Source of the DNA: a virus
Taxonomy: Duplodnaviria; Caudoviricetes
Length of the DNA stretch: 52,148 nucleotides
Reading direction: 5' to 3' (one strand)
Virus record (IMG/VR): IMGVR_UViG_3300020171_000007
Coordinates: 1-52,148 of that record
Shown here: positions 37,465 to 48,076 of the stretch, in pieces
Numbering within the stretch: position 1 is the first letter of the stretch
How the letters are laid out: each line of letters starts with the position of its first letter
Translations under genes and position numbers: made by a program
The notes under the pieces: generated by a model
Seen by the model: the letters and a program-made list of their open reading frames with translations, nothing else
Database searches by the model: none
Told to the model about the DNA's origin: nothing

Positions 37465-38658
37465 ATGTCAAGAAATCTTCCAGACTGGATAGATTCTTTT
37501 ATGGAACTAACTGATAACTCTGAACCTCCAATACTCTTCCGTAAATGGGCAGGAATCTCTGCTATTGCTGCAGCACTTCAGCGTAAGGTTAGGGTTGAGC
37601 TTGGCTTGTCGTTGACGTTCTATCCTAATCTCTACATTGTATTAGTAGGGCCAAGTGCGACGGGCAAAGGGACAGCGATGAAGTTTGCCTCTGACATTAT
37701 CGAGCAGATCCCAACTATCCGCTTGAGTGCTCAGGCTACTTCACTCCAAGCCCTGATACGTAGGATGAAGGAAACTAACTTAACCGATATAGACTTGATT
37801 ACAGGCGAGCAACAATATCACTCATCATTAACTATCTTCAGCACTGAGTTTACTGTATTCTTAGGCTATCATAATCAGGAGTTGATCGCGGCTCTGTGTG
37901 AATGGTATGACTGTCATAGTCGCTGGACTTATGAAACGATAGCGAGGAAGAAAGAAGAGATCGTCGGCGTCTGGGTTAATATCTTTGCTGGAACTACACC
38001 TGATTCTCTTCAGAGTTCACTACCCCTTGAATCCATCGGAGGTGGACTTACCTCTCGAATCATCTTCATAGTTGAAGAGCGCCGAGGTAAACTAGTAATC
38101 ATCCCTACAAAGACCCAGCGAGAGTTACAGCTACAGCAAATGCTAGTAAATGATCTAGAGACAATCTCTCAGTTGTCTGGGAAGATGCAATACACAGATG
38201 AGTTCCTTGAGACTTATTCAGACTGGTGTGTCTATGCAGATCAACATAAGCCATTTCATGATAGGAAGTTCGATGGCTACTGTGGTCGGCGGAGAAAACA
38301 TCTGCTAACTCTATCTATGATCTGCTGTGCGAGTCACTCAGATGAAATGATAATGGCTTCGGCTGATATAGAAAGGGCAATAGCGCTTTTGGCCGAAGCA
38401 GAGATCCGTATGGGTACTGTATTCAAAGGTATGGGAAGGTCTGGTTCTTCAGATTTGATCAACGAAGCTATTGTGTTTATAGTCAATAGCCAAGTCCCTG
38501 ACATTCCCTTATGGCAGTTTGCTAGAAACTTTGAAGGTGATATGGATAAAGTTGAGATGGATAGAGTACTTTTAACACTTGAATCTATGAATATAATCAA
38601 GATTATCAAGCGGCCAGGAGCTGATTCAATACTTCATATATTAGACTTTGGTAAATAG
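37465..38658 (+). CDS. P-loop helicase-like protein (DUF3987-like)
   Basis: YPNLYIVLVGPSATGKGT, GLTSRIIF; follows polymerase. Confidence 0.7.
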   Translation: MSRNLPDWIDSFMELTDNSEPPILFRKWAGISAIAAALQRKVRVELGLSLTFYPNLYIVLVGPSATGKGTAMKFASDIIEQIPTIRLSAQATSLQALIRRMKETNLTDIDLITGEQQYHSSLTIFSTEFTVFLGYHNQELIAALCEWYDCHSRWTYETIARKKEEIVGVWVNIFAGTTPDSLQSSLPLESIGGGLTSRIIFIVEERRGKLVIIPTKTQRELQLQQMLVNDLETISQLSGKMQYTDEFLETYSDWCVYADQHKPFHDRKFDGYCGRRRKHLLTLSMICCASHSDEMIMASADIERAIALLAEAEIRMGTVFKGMGRSGSSDLINEAIVFIVNSQVPDIPLWQFARNFEGDMDKVEMDRVLLTLESMNIIKIIKRPGADSILHILDFGK

Positions 38659-38661
38659 ATC

Positions 38662-38676
38662 GTTTAACCATTAAAC
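38662..38676. promoter_or_regulatory. Dispersed palindrome copy 15 at the convergence of the two arms
   Basis: GTTTAA CCA TTAAAC. Confidence 0.85.
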
Positions 38677-38680
38677 AAAC

Positions 38681-41600
38681 TTATCTAGCTCTAAGCTTAC
38701 CAACCTCTATCTTGAATTCATCAGAGATAACTCCTCCAGCTTTCTGGACTATATCTATCTCACTCTGAATCTGTGCTCTTTCAGCCTCTCCAGCCCTATC
38801 AAATCTCTGAACAAATAATCTAGCTCTAGCCTCTGTATCTGGCGTTCCCTTCAAGGCCAACCAGAAGGAGCGGTTAGGTAATCCCTTAATGTTTTCTTGG
38901 AACTTAAAACGATCTTTCAGCCGATCATAAGTATCACGATCCTTTGTTGCGGCTGCAGTTTTGGTAATATAGTCAATGACCTCTTTCCTTGACGTACCTT
39001 CTTTGTAAAGGTAAGCTTCAACAACTGTGTCTAGGCCTCGATTCTCTATCCACCTTTCAAGTGTACTCATTGCCCTAGCATCTGCAACCGGCTGAGCGTA
39101 TTGAGAGTAAGGATTAGTAATCCCAATGAATCTTTTGACAACTGGAATCTTTGACAAAGCCTCAGCCAGATGCATCTCTTTCTTATCCTTAGGAAGATCA
39201 CCTAGCAGCTTCTCATATCCTTGCCCAACAAGCCAACTCCACATAGACCCACCTGTTATTAGTTGCTCTACTGCAAACTTAGTACGCTCAGGAGACATAC
39301 CTGTTAATGCACCAAAGTCAATAGCAGCTTGAGGAGTCTGACCTGGAATGTATTCCTCTTTACTCTGAGGCCAGCCTAGAGGTTTGTCAGTCTTCTTCCA
39401 AATATCTTCATCGAGCCAGAAGTCTTTATTAATAACATAACCAAACACTGCACCAGCAGTAGGTGGCAATGAACTAATTCCAACCGGAGATAGCTGTGTC
39501 AATGAGTTAGTAACAGCCTCAACATCTACAGGATTTCCTAACCATTTATCAGTGCAGGCCTCAAAAAAAGTCTTAAAAAACTTCTGTCCAGGATCGATAG
39601 GGATCTTGAAGTAAGGATACCTTGTCTGTCCTTTCTCATCAAGGAAACTAAAGCCATCACCGAGAGGAATGACTAAGTTATTTTGCATATCTATATTACC
39701 CTGCAGAGCCTCCATAGTTTCTGGATTAAGCTTCCTATTGGCTATATAGAGACCAGATACAAGCGCTGCAAACTGAGCAAGTTTGTATGTAGAAACAAGG
39801 GCCGTTCCACTACCTGGTTTGAAAGCCCTGAACATTCCCCTTGTACCCTGAACAGCTGCATTAAGATAAGGTATCCCATTATCAAGGGCTTTAGTAATCC
39901 CTCCACCTTGACCAAAATCCATATAATCACGAGCTGCAAATGTAGCCTCTTGTGTAATCTTCTTATCCTTCAAAGCTTCTTCAAACGAGATGCCTTGTTC
40001 GTTAGCTCTGTTTCTAATAACTCTTTCACGGATAGCCAGCCTAGTCATGATCTCAGTCGTCTCACCGAAGTAACCTAGAAAATCCTGAACCTTATCAATC
40101 CCACTCTCAATATGTCTACCACGTTGGAGTAGTCTTCCTTGATGGACTAAGAACTCCATCCCTCCGCCTTCTCTGATATAGTCTTCATATCGACCTTTGC
40201 GAAGTATAGCATCACCAAAGATAGCTGCTTGATCTCTAGCCATCTGAAGACCGAACATAGGGAGATTAGGACTATAAGTAGATCTCCATGCCTTTCCATC
40301 GAATTCTCTGGCTGTGTACCAAGTATGCATTACATCTCTGGGTAGATTGGCTAGAGCAAATCCCCAGTCTATTCCAGTAGCAAAGGTTCTTAACACTGGA
40401 CTTCCAGATGCATAACGTAGGAATTGACTAAGCTTATAACTCATCTCAGGATTATTAGTAATCCATTCTCTAGCCATCTCAGGAGATAGATAAATAGCTT
40501 TACGTTCACCCTTTTCATATACAAAGATACGGTCCCATCCTGAAGGAATCCTATCTTCAGGTTTCTCCTTAACTGCAACAAAAGGATTATCCGGCTGAGT
40601 CCTTGCAAGATCAAGTAGATTCTTATTAGCTGCATTATTAAGTATGCGACCATAAGCTCTATTGAATACCTCTAAGGCCATAACCTCAGATGAAGGCTCA
40701 AAGATATCCGTATCTCGTCCATGGGCTAAGGACTCAACACCTGAGTCATAGACAGTTCGAGTACGCTTACCTATCTTAGATTGATAGCGTTTGTCAAAGA
40801 CATCAACAAGTTTGATTCGACGGTAGTTGTGGGATGCTAATGCATCGTGCTCTTCAGAGGAAATCAACTCAGCATCGAGCATATCTTTCAAAGGCTTCTT
40901 CATCCAATCGAAGTAGGCTCCAGCTCGCTGGTTTAATATCTCAGCGCGTTCAGGAGATAGTTTCTCTGTATATTGGAAGAGTTCTTTATATGAAGCAGCC
41001 TCGACTGGCGTGAGACCTTCGGGAAAACTAAACTGTTTAGTTGTCTTATATTTCCCAATGTCTAGCATACGATCAGCGAGGATCAAGTTATCAAGAATCC
41101 TTTTTTCATTCTTACTCAGTCCATCATAGACCTCTCCACGCATCTGCTTGAGTTGCTGAGCTGCAAGCGATGAGGCACCTTTACTTAGATACATCTTCTG
41201 GATAATCTCATAGCCATCGTTACCGAGTTGATCAAGTAACTCTCTTCGTATATTTCCAGACCTATCAACGAAAGATCTGGTTAGTTCTTCTTTAGTTCTT
41301 TCAATAGCCTCGCCAGGCTTAAAAGCTTTCATCCCTCGTGCCTTAGCTGTATAAGCAGCAAGGGCTTTAGCACCCTCGACTATTTTCTTAGTTGCTTCGG
41401 TAGGATCTAGGCCCATATAAAGGCTGAGTCCAGAGGGGTGTGTCTTTGTTTTGCCTGTTATATAACTAACTGCTGATTTAAGTCCATTTACATCCTCTGC
41501 TTCTAACATCCTATCTAGCGTCTCCCAAGGAGGTTCAGCTTTCCTCTGCTCAGGAGTCATCTTCCTTCTCCACTCACTCAACCTAGATTCCATCTCACCA

Positions 41601-44600
41601 GGGTCTTTCAAATAACTTTCAGTACCTGATTTAGTTATATACTTATCTACAGTATCTTTTAAAGAACTCATTTCTTCTGCAGCCCTAGTCTGTAATCCAT
41701 TTATTATATCACTTACACTTTTAGCTTTCATACCCATATTAAAAGCTATATCTATATTTTCAAGCTCCCTTTTTAATTCTGGTGTTTTAGCCCTGCTCTT
41801 TAGTTCTTTTAAGAAAGCATCAAGAATCTTTGCATTTTCAGCCTCAGGACTAGTCCCTCTAAATCTCGACTTCATTATCTCATTCACAGCATGCTGAGTT
41901 TCATGAACAAAGGTATCTTGCCAATCTCCACTTATATGAATTGTTCTAGTTTTATCATCATAGTATCCATTCTCACTCTTCTTCTTAGATTCTTTATTTA
42001 TATCTACTTTTACTTCTCTAAGCTCTGGAATAGCTTTAAGTAACTTCGAGTCACCTATATAAGCTGGAAGATATCCATGTGAGATATTCCCTTTATTTAC
42101 ATGATCTATAGTACTCTGGCTTAAAGGTTTAATATCTTCTGGACCTATCTCATATCTCCACTTTCCATCTTTTGCTAGCCAATAGCCAGTCTCTTCAAAG
42201 ACCTCTCTATTACGATAAAGATCATCAACATAATAAGGGTTCTTTTCTGTGCCTATATTTCTAGTCCCTACTTTAATTTTCTTAAGAAGATCCTTCACCA
42301 TCTGAGGAGCTTCACTGATAGGAATCATCATGTTAAGCTGTATCCCACCACCAGTTCGTGCTGCAGCTAATCTACTTTTAACATCTCTACGTTTTAACTC
42401 CCAATCAGCACTACCAGATACCATATCTTTAGATTTTAAGAATGTTTGCCAACCTTCAAGAAAAGCACGATTTAATTTTGCACCACGTCTTAATTCAATA
42501 GAACCTATATCAATGCCTAAATCTAGTGCAGTTTCATATACTGTTTGACGTAGCGACTGGCGTTTTTTATATGTCCAGCTTCCAGGCATGACTGGTTTAT
42601 CTGACAGAGCAGTAATAAGATCTATAAGTTTAGGTAGGTCTTTATCTTTCATTATATTTTTAGGGTGTAGTTGATAGTCACCACGTACATCAGCAAGCAT
42701 CTTACCCCATTGATCTTTACTTAACTTAAAGATATCCTTAATCTGAGTAGGATCAACTCCCATATTAAAAGTTGTTCCACCCCCAGTCTTATCTATCCTA
42801 TCCTGAACCTCATCCAGCTGCTTCTCAAGCTTTGCTATAAGCTCATCATTAGGCTTATCTGCATTATTTTCCTTCTCAAGTCTATTCTCAATCCGCTCAA
42901 GTTCGTTCTCCAACTTTTCTACTGGTGAGTAGACTTTATTCTTCAATTCCTCTTGAACTCTAAAGTGACCATAAACATCTTTCTGTTGAAAAGGTTTAAG
43001 TTTATCAAAGGTTGTATGATAGAAATCCTTAACATATTTAGCTAGTTCTATAGGATCAACTCCCATAGTTAGTTTTGCTTCAGTTCGTTTAATTGTTAAA
43101 CGATCTGATTGTCTCGCCCACTTAGCAGCCTCTCTCACAGTATCTTTCCAAGCTCTGAAGTCGACTGTCTTATCAAACTTAGTCTCAAGATTATCAGCCC
43201 TTGTTGCTAACTCACTCAGCCCATTCCTAACCTTATCAATAGGAACATCTTCCCCATTGAGATAGCGATTAGCTTCGTTGATTAAGTAACGTGTGAAAAC
43301 CTCAGGCGTTGCATCTATTTTATCAATCTTGTCTTGCATCAACTTCTTAAGATTATTAGTATGCTCAACATCTGAGTTACGAAAAGGATGATTGTCTTGC
43401 TTGAGTGCCTCAGGTTCAGGCGTTCCAGTCTGGAGGTCTAGATCGGTGATTGGCAAAAATTTCTTTTTTGCTTTTAGTTTAGCTTTCGGCTCACGAATAT
43501 ATCTCCCATCTTCCCTTTTTACAAAATCTGTTTGTCTATCAAAGAACCCAGTCGCATCTACAACAGGACTTGTCTCTATTCGTAGATTATTTTGATCTGC
43601 AACCTGTCGAATTTGATTTAGGATCTTAGTTCCTTCTCCTTGCCGTCTTAAATCCTTAGGAATTTTTATAGTATCCAGACTAATACCTTGTGTTCCATCA
43701 GGATAATATATTGCGGAGAACTTAAAAGGCACATTAGGATAGTCAGACTGTATCTTTTCCTGTAAAGCAGGTACTACATCTATTGCCTTTCCCTCCACTC
43801 TCTTCACTTTAACTTTAGCTTTCAGCTTAGCCTTAGGCTCTATAATCTCTAGATCAGCCCTTGGAGCAGCCTCAATCTTATCCCCTTCCTCCAAGATAGC
43901 TCTCAAATCAGGATCGAGTTCTTCAACTTTAATCTCAGGCTCTTTTCCTTCTTTAATATCTTTGACCTCCTGCCCCTTCACCTCAAGCTCTGCTTTTGCC
44001 TCTATTGCAGCCTTAGCTTTTTCCTCAATCCTCTTCGCCTCAAGCTCAATCTGAACCTTCTCAACTTCAGCTACTTTAACCTGAGCCTGCTGTAATACTT
44101 CAGAAGGAATCTGCTCACCCTCTGCTGGAGACGGTGGAGTCTTAGCCTTATCAATCCTTGTATTAAGATCAGTTAAATCCTGTGCTACCTCAAATCTCAT
44201 ATTCTTTGGTAGTCCTTTATAGAGAAAGAATGTATCTAAAGCTATATCAAATAAGACATCACCCATAGGCCTATCGGTAAAAGGATTACCGCCGACTTCA
44301 GCCGCTCTATATGCATTAAGCCCTACCAATCCAGTAAGGATTCTGGCTCCTGTATCCCATCCTTCCTTAGGAAACATCCCTCTTGATGCACCGAAGATAG
44401 TCCCAATCATAGCGCCAGACTTAGTACCTTCCCAGATCTTTCCTGCAGCTTGAGTAAAGGTAACTTGTTCAAGAGCTTCACCGGTAGCTGATAGACCAAG
44501 CGCTGGACCTAACAAGACAGAGTCTCGTAAAGCACTCTTAAATATACGAGAAGCTACAGCCTCATTCTGGAATGCTTTAGGAAGGAAATTTAGAACAGGC

Positions 44601-45448
44601 TTAACTAACTTCCCTGCTATCATTATAGGAGCTGTATAAAGTCCAGCTAATGAGCCAAGTGCTTCTCCTACATAACCTGGAGTGTCTGTAGCAGGAAATT
44701 CTACTTCACCTATCAAGCCTTTTTTGATGGCTGGAGCAAGACCAAGCGTTGACATTGAGATGAAGGAACTAGCAGCCTTCTCAACAAACTCAGGCGACTG
44801 TCGATACTTATCCAGAGGAATACCTTCCTCTTTAGCCATGTGCATTACTAAGGCTTGAGCCTTAGCACCTTCTGATAAACCCCTTACATTCTCAACGCCG
44901 AACAAACCAGTGAGAGCATCAATTCCTCGTTCGATGAAGTTAGGTTTATCATCACTCCGACTAATGCTTTGAACCGGCTCAAGAAACTCTTCATATCCTT
45001 CAGGTACATTACTCTTCCCTGGATATGTAGTAGTTCTTATCCCACCTTTGATTGTAGAAGTTACTTGCATAGACATTGAAGGAGCACCTTTCCAGGCCTC
45101 GTCAATGTCAACCTCTTTCTTTCTCAAACTACGCCGCATAGGAACAGCTTCACGTTTAATAGCTTCACGCTTAGCTGCTTCCTCTGCCACACCAGGCATC
45201 AACTTACCAAACAAAGCTATAGGATCATAAGCTTCTACATTGATAGGAGGTTCAGCCGGAGTAGGAGTCTTAACAACCTCCTTTGGAGTATCAGGATCAA
45301 GCAACTCAAGATCGGCTCTCCTTTTTCTCCTCCCTCCAGCTGCAATTTCCCTAGCCAGTTCATCAGGATCCTGTCCGGTAGGGACTTTTATATCAAAAGG
45401 TGGTAGGTTAGAGTTAGGCTCCAACAATTCAAGATCAGCCCTCATCAT
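38681..45448 (-). CDS. Large polyvalent internal virion/ejection protein (GNAT-like, LPD23-like, zincin-like HExxH and LPD38-like regions)
   Basis: LRRQGEGTKIL; ETGYWLAKDGKWRYEI; FVHETQHAV...YLKDPGEMESR; DFGQGG..PYLNAAVQG; last gene of the virion arm. Confidence 0.75.
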   Translation of the reverse strand: MMRADLELLEPNSNLPPFDIKVPTGQDPDELAREIAAGGRRKRRADLELLDPDTPKEVVKTPTPAEPPINVEAYDPIALFGKLMPGVAEEAAKREAIKREAVPMRRSLRKKEVDIDEAWKGAPSMSMQVTSTIKGGIRTTTYPGKSNVPEGYEEFLEPVQSISRSDDKPNFIERGIDALTGLFGVENVRGLSEGAKAQALVMHMAKEEGIPLDKYRQSPEFVEKAASSFISMSTLGLAPAIKKGLIGEVEFPATDTPGYVGEALGSLAGLYTAPIMIAGKLVKPVLNFLPKAFQNEAVASRIFKSALRDSVLLGPALGLSATGEALEQVTFTQAAGKIWEGTKSGAMIGTIFGASRGMFPKEGWDTGARILTGLVGLNAYRAAEVGGNPFTDRPMGDVLFDIALDTFFLYKGLPKNMRFEVAQDLTDLNTRIDKAKTPPSPAEGEQIPSEVLQQAQVKVAEVEKVQIELEAKRIEEKAKAAIEAKAELEVKGQEVKDIKEGKEPEIKVEELDPDLRAILEEGDKIEAAPRADLEIIEPKAKLKAKVKVKRVEGKAIDVVPALQEKIQSDYPNVPFKFSAIYYPDGTQGISLDTIKIPKDLRRQGEGTKILNQIRQVADQNNLRIETSPVVDATGFFDRQTDFVKREDGRYIREPKAKLKAKKKFLPITDLDLQTGTPEPEALKQDNHPFRNSDVEHTNNLKKLMQDKIDKIDATPEVFTRYLINEANRYLNGEDVPIDKVRNGLSELATRADNLETKFDKTVDFRAWKDTVREAAKWARQSDRLTIKRTEAKLTMGVDPIELAKYVKDFYHTTFDKLKPFQQKDVYGHFRVQEELKNKVYSPVEKLENELERIENRLEKENNADKPNDELIAKLEKQLDEVQDRIDKTGGGTTFNMGVDPTQIKDIFKLSKDQWGKMLADVRGDYQLHPKNIMKDKDLPKLIDLITALSDKPVMPGSWTYKKRQSLRQTVYETALDLGIDIGSIELRRGAKLNRAFLEGWQTFLKSKDMVSGSADWELKRRDVKSRLAAARTGGGIQLNMMIPISEAPQMVKDLLKKIKVGTRNIGTEKNPYYVDDLYRNREVFEETGYWLAKDGKWRYEIGPEDIKPLSQSTIDHVNKGNISHGYLPAYIGDSKLLKAIPELREVKVDINKESKKKSENGYYDDKTRTIHISGDWQDTFVHETQHAVNEIMKSRFRGTSPEAENAKILDAFLKELKSRAKTPELKRELENIDIAFNMGMKAKSVSDIINGLQTRAAEEMSSLKDTVDKYITKSGTESYLKDPGEMESRLSEWRRKMTPEQRKAEPPWETLDRMLEAEDVNGLKSAVSYITGKTKTHPSGLSLYMGLDPTEATKKIVEGAKALAAYTAKARGMKAFKPGEAIERTKEELTRSFVDRSGNIRRELLDQLGNDGYEIIQKMYLSKGASSLAAQQLKQMRGEVYDGLSKNEKRILDNLILADRMLDIGKYKTTKQFSFPEGLTPVEAASYKELFQYTEKLSPERAEILNQRAGAYFDWMKKPLKDMLDAELISSEEHDALASHNYRRIKLVDVFDKRYQSKIGKRTRTVYDSGVESLAHGRDTDIFEPSSEVMALEVFNRAYGRILNNAANKNLLDLARTQPDNPFVAVKEKPEDRIPSGWDRIFVYEKGERKAIYLSPEMAREWITNNPEMSYKLSQFLRYASGSPVLRTFATGIDWGFALANLPRDVMHTWYTAREFDGKAWRSTYSPNLPMFGLQMARDQAAIFGDAILRKGRYEDYIREGGGMEFLVHQGRLLQRGRHIESGIDKVQDFLGYFGETTEIMTRLAIRERVIRNRANEQGISFEEALKDKKITQEATFAARDYMDFGQGGGITKALDNGIPYLNAAVQGTRGMFRAFKPGSGTALVSTYKLAQFAALVSGLYIANRKLNPETMEALQGNIDMQNNLVIPLGDGFSFLDEKGQTRYPYFKIPIDPGQKFFKTFFEACTDKWLGNPVDVEAVTNSLTQLSPVGISSLPPTAGAVFGYVINKDFWLDEDIWKKTDKPLGWPQSKEEYIPGQTPQAAIDFGALTGMSPERTKFAVEQLITGGSMWSWLVGQGYEKLLGDLPKDKKEMHLAEALSKIPVVKRFIGITNPYSQYAQPVADARAMSTLERWIENRGLDTVVEAYLYKEGTSRKEVIDYITKTAAATKDRDTYDRLKDRFKFQENIKGLPNRSFWLALKGTPDTEARARLFVQRFDRAGEAERAQIQSEIDIVQKAGGVISDEFKIEVGKLRAR
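43087..43101. promoter_or_regulatory. Dispersed palindrome copy 16 (intragenic)
   Basis: AGTTC GTTTAA TTG TTAAAC GATCT inside the 6.8 kb gene. Confidence 0.85.
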
Positions 45449-45454
45449 ATACTC

Positions 45455-46696
45455 CTATTTAAGTGGATACTTAATCATCTGTGATTCTCCGTTAGGCCAT
45501 ATAACTTTCCACACCATAGTCTTGCCATCCTTATCCCATTCGGCGCTTTGGATTTCTCCGTTCCTAGCAATGATAGAGTCAACAACAGCCTTGGCTTTAA
45601 ACTTTGTCATTTCAGTACTTACCTTTCCAAGATCAGTACCATATCTAAACTCAACATCCTTATGATATTCATCAGCTCGTTTAGTAATGTCTGTATTAAA
45701 TTTACCTGAAGAGAAATAGTTTTGAGTCTCCACCGCATTGAAAGCCTTTTTCTCTTCAAGCCTTTCACCTAGATTAATAGCTCCAGCCTTAGCCATTTCA
45801 GTCATCCAGGTATTGAATGATCCCTTGTAACCATCCTTCACAGCCTCATCGTAATCCTTCTTATGAGTGGTCTTAGCCATATCTTGGAATTCTGTAAAGG
45901 TTCCTTTAAAGCCTTGACCCTGTGCGAATTCATAGTTTTTAACGGCTGCTGTCTTATCATCTTTATTTAGCTTCTGATAAGCAAGGAAGTCTTTCTGAGT
46001 CATCTTAAAGGGAACACCTTCGACTGTGACAGAAGGAGTCTCAGCTATAGTACGTGCTTCTGATTCCTTGGTAAGCTGTCTCTTATAAGGAAGTTCAACC
46101 TCTGCAGCCTCTCTAGCCCTTGTCTCTGCAGAGCCTTTATAAAAAGACTCAACTAAGTCTCTATAGCTCTGCCCTCTCAGTTTATCCTGCTCGCTCTTCA
46201 TCCCCATTAACGAAACGAGGTCTTGTGTAGTCAAGCCAGCCAGATCAGCAGGATTTACATTTAGCTCTGGTTGGCTAATAGCGAAAGGGTTTGCGACGTT
46301 TGATCTACTCCCTTGTATTGGAGTAGGAGCACTAGTAGGTGCTAATGAAGGCTCAGTTTTGAATGTACCCTCTCCACCTAAGAAACTACTATACAACGCA
46401 GAATCTGGAGGAGCATTCAAAGTTAGGCCGGCGCTACTAAGCGTACCCTTAGAACCATCCGGCCCTAGTAACTGTTTTATCAGCTTCATGAAATTCTGAG
46501 ACTGAATATTCTGCTGTGTTATAGCATTGATATTAGTCGGTTGAAATCCTTTGTCTGTATTAGCACCGTAGGCACTAAGATCAGCTCCAGCCCCTGCTAA
46601 GTACTGCAGGAATAGTTTATTCTGGAGCAGAGAACTTAAACCTCCAGCTCCACCTCCTCCACCTATCCCTTCCATCGCACTCATATCTGGTATCAT
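45455..46696 (-). CDS. Internal virion/ejection protein
   Basis: Gly-rich N-terminus, repeated YEFA..GFKGTF units, position before the giant gene. Confidence 0.6.
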   Translation of the reverse strand: MIPDMSAMEGIGGGGGAGGLSSLLQNKLFLQYLAGAGADLSAYGANTDKGFQPTNINAITQQNIQSQNFMKLIKQLLGPDGSKGTLSSAGLTLNAPPDSALYSSFLGGEGTFKTEPSLAPTSAPTPIQGSRSNVANPFAISQPELNVNPADLAGLTTQDLVSLMGMKSEQDKLRGQSYRDLVESFYKGSAETRAREAAEVELPYKRQLTKESEARTIAETPSVTVEGVPFKMTQKDFLAYQKLNKDDKTAAVKNYEFAQGQGFKGTFTEFQDMAKTTHKKDYDEAVKDGYKGSFNTWMTEMAKAGAINLGERLEEKKAFNAVETQNYFSSGKFNTDITKRADEYHKDVEFRYGTDLGKVSTEMTKFKAKAVVDSIIARNGEIQSAEWDKDGKTMVWKVIWPNGESQMIKYPLK

Positions 46697-46714
46697 TTTT
46701 AGACCTCCAATCTA

Positions 46715-47599
46715 TTAACTCATCATTCCTATAGCTGCTCCAAGAACACCACCAATAACTGCACCAGGAGGACCACCAATCATTGCACCTGCAGCTGCTC
46801 CACTTAATGCACCTCCTAATACTGATGCAGTCTTGTTCTTCCCAGGCATATTGGGAACTACTGTACCTCCACCTATAGCGGCTAATAGATTCGAGCCATG
46901 CTGAAAGACCTCAAGATCCCACTTTGCATCGGCTTCATCTATTGAAGCATCTTGATCAGTCTGCTCTTTCTTTGCCACAATCTTTATTCGACTAGCCTCA
47001 ACAGATATTCTTACAAGACTCTCTTCCCAGCCAATTCTTCTTGCCATCATCTGTATCATTTGATCAACTACACTTACTCTCTTATCATTCAAAACTATAC
47101 GAAGATTAGAAAGATACTTGGCCACATCTCTTGCTTGAAATGATTCAATGATAGCCTCGCCAATAGGAAATGCCGATGATACTACTGCATTAATATCTTG
47201 CATCCCACGTCTGAAACGAGGTAAGGCTCTTGTAGTAATGTTATCATCTAATTGATTTTGAAAAGCAACTACATCAGCAGTTATATTTGCTTCTCCAACT
47301 CCATCAAGAGTTAGACCAGCTTGAGCATAGAAAGCTGCCCAGTTTACTGTATCTGATAGTCCGGCTAAGATTGCAGCAAAGGAAGTTACCTTTGTCTCAT
47401 AAGCTGCAATAGCTGCATCTGGATTATAGGCAACTAATCCAATCCAAGGTGAGCTACCTAAAGCTGAATCCATAACCTCTGTTATAGACTTCTCTATTGT
47501 GTCAACTCCTGTAGCATTAAGCCAGTCTTTATGAATGGTCTCTAAATATGCAGCATGACTTACTGCACCTGAACTTCCACCACCACCTGATGAACCCAT
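46715..47599 (-). CDS. Internal virion/ejection protein with C-terminal glycine zipper
   Basis: MGSSGGGG start after GGAGG; GALSGAAAGAMIGGPPGAVIGG. Confidence 0.65.
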   Translation of the reverse strand: MGSSGGGGSSGAVSHAAYLETIHKDWLNATGVDTIEKSITEVMDSALGSSPWIGLVAYNPDAAIAAYETKVTSFAAILAGLSDTVNWAAFYAQAGLTLDGVGEANITADVVAFQNQLDDNITTRALPRFRRGMQDINAVVSSAFPIGEAIIESFQARDVAKYLSNLRIVLNDKRVSVVDQMIQMMARRIGWEESLVRISVEASRIKIVAKKEQTDQDASIDEADAKWDLEVFQHGSNLLAAIGGGTVVPNMPGKNKTASVLGGALSGAAAGAMIGGPPGAVIGGVLGAAIGMMS

Positions 47600-47617
47600 A
47601 AGCACCTCCATTAGATC

Positions 47618-47632
47618 GTTTAATGGTTAAAC
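47618..47632. promoter_or_regulatory. Dispersed palindrome copy 17
   Basis: GTTTAA TGG TTAAAC. Confidence 0.85.
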
Positions 47633-48073
47633 GAACTTATTTACTTCCAAAGAGATAAAAGTGTAATCTATATTACCATTATACTTCTTTGCAAGTTCAA
47701 CTAAATAAGGATTAGCTGAATATGCCATTATACTATGACACCCTTTTGATTTTGCATACTTGAGCAATGACTCAAAACCTTCAGTCCAACTATCTGGGTT
47801 AATAGGATCGTATCCATAAAGACAGTATAGTAATAAGTTTCTTGTATCACTTGCATCGTCATAAAGAAATTGTGTAACTAGAATAGCCTCAAACTTATTT
47901 TCTGGTCTTGTGTAAGAAGCCCAGACCTCAAGTTTTCCACTTAGCATAGATGAGAGTATTCTGTTCATCTTATCAGGATGATCTCCTACGATTGGAGGTA
48001 GAGATTCTTCCATAGCATATTTAATAATAGGCCAGAATTTAGAAATTTGATCTGGTAATAGTTTTGTAAGCAT
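47627..48073 (-). CDS. GNAT-fold-like tail assembly protein
   Basis: LLKYAKSKGCHSI; position between tail and ejection genes as in podoviruses. Confidence 0.55.
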   Translation of the reverse strand: MLTKLLPDQISKFWPIIKYAMEESLPPIVGDHPDKMNRILSSMLSGKLEVWASYTRPENKFEAILVTQFLYDDASDTRNLLLYCLYGYDPINPDSWTEGFESLLKYAKSKGCHSIMAYSANPYLVELAKKYNGNIDYTFISLEVNKFV

Positions 48074-48076
48074 ATC

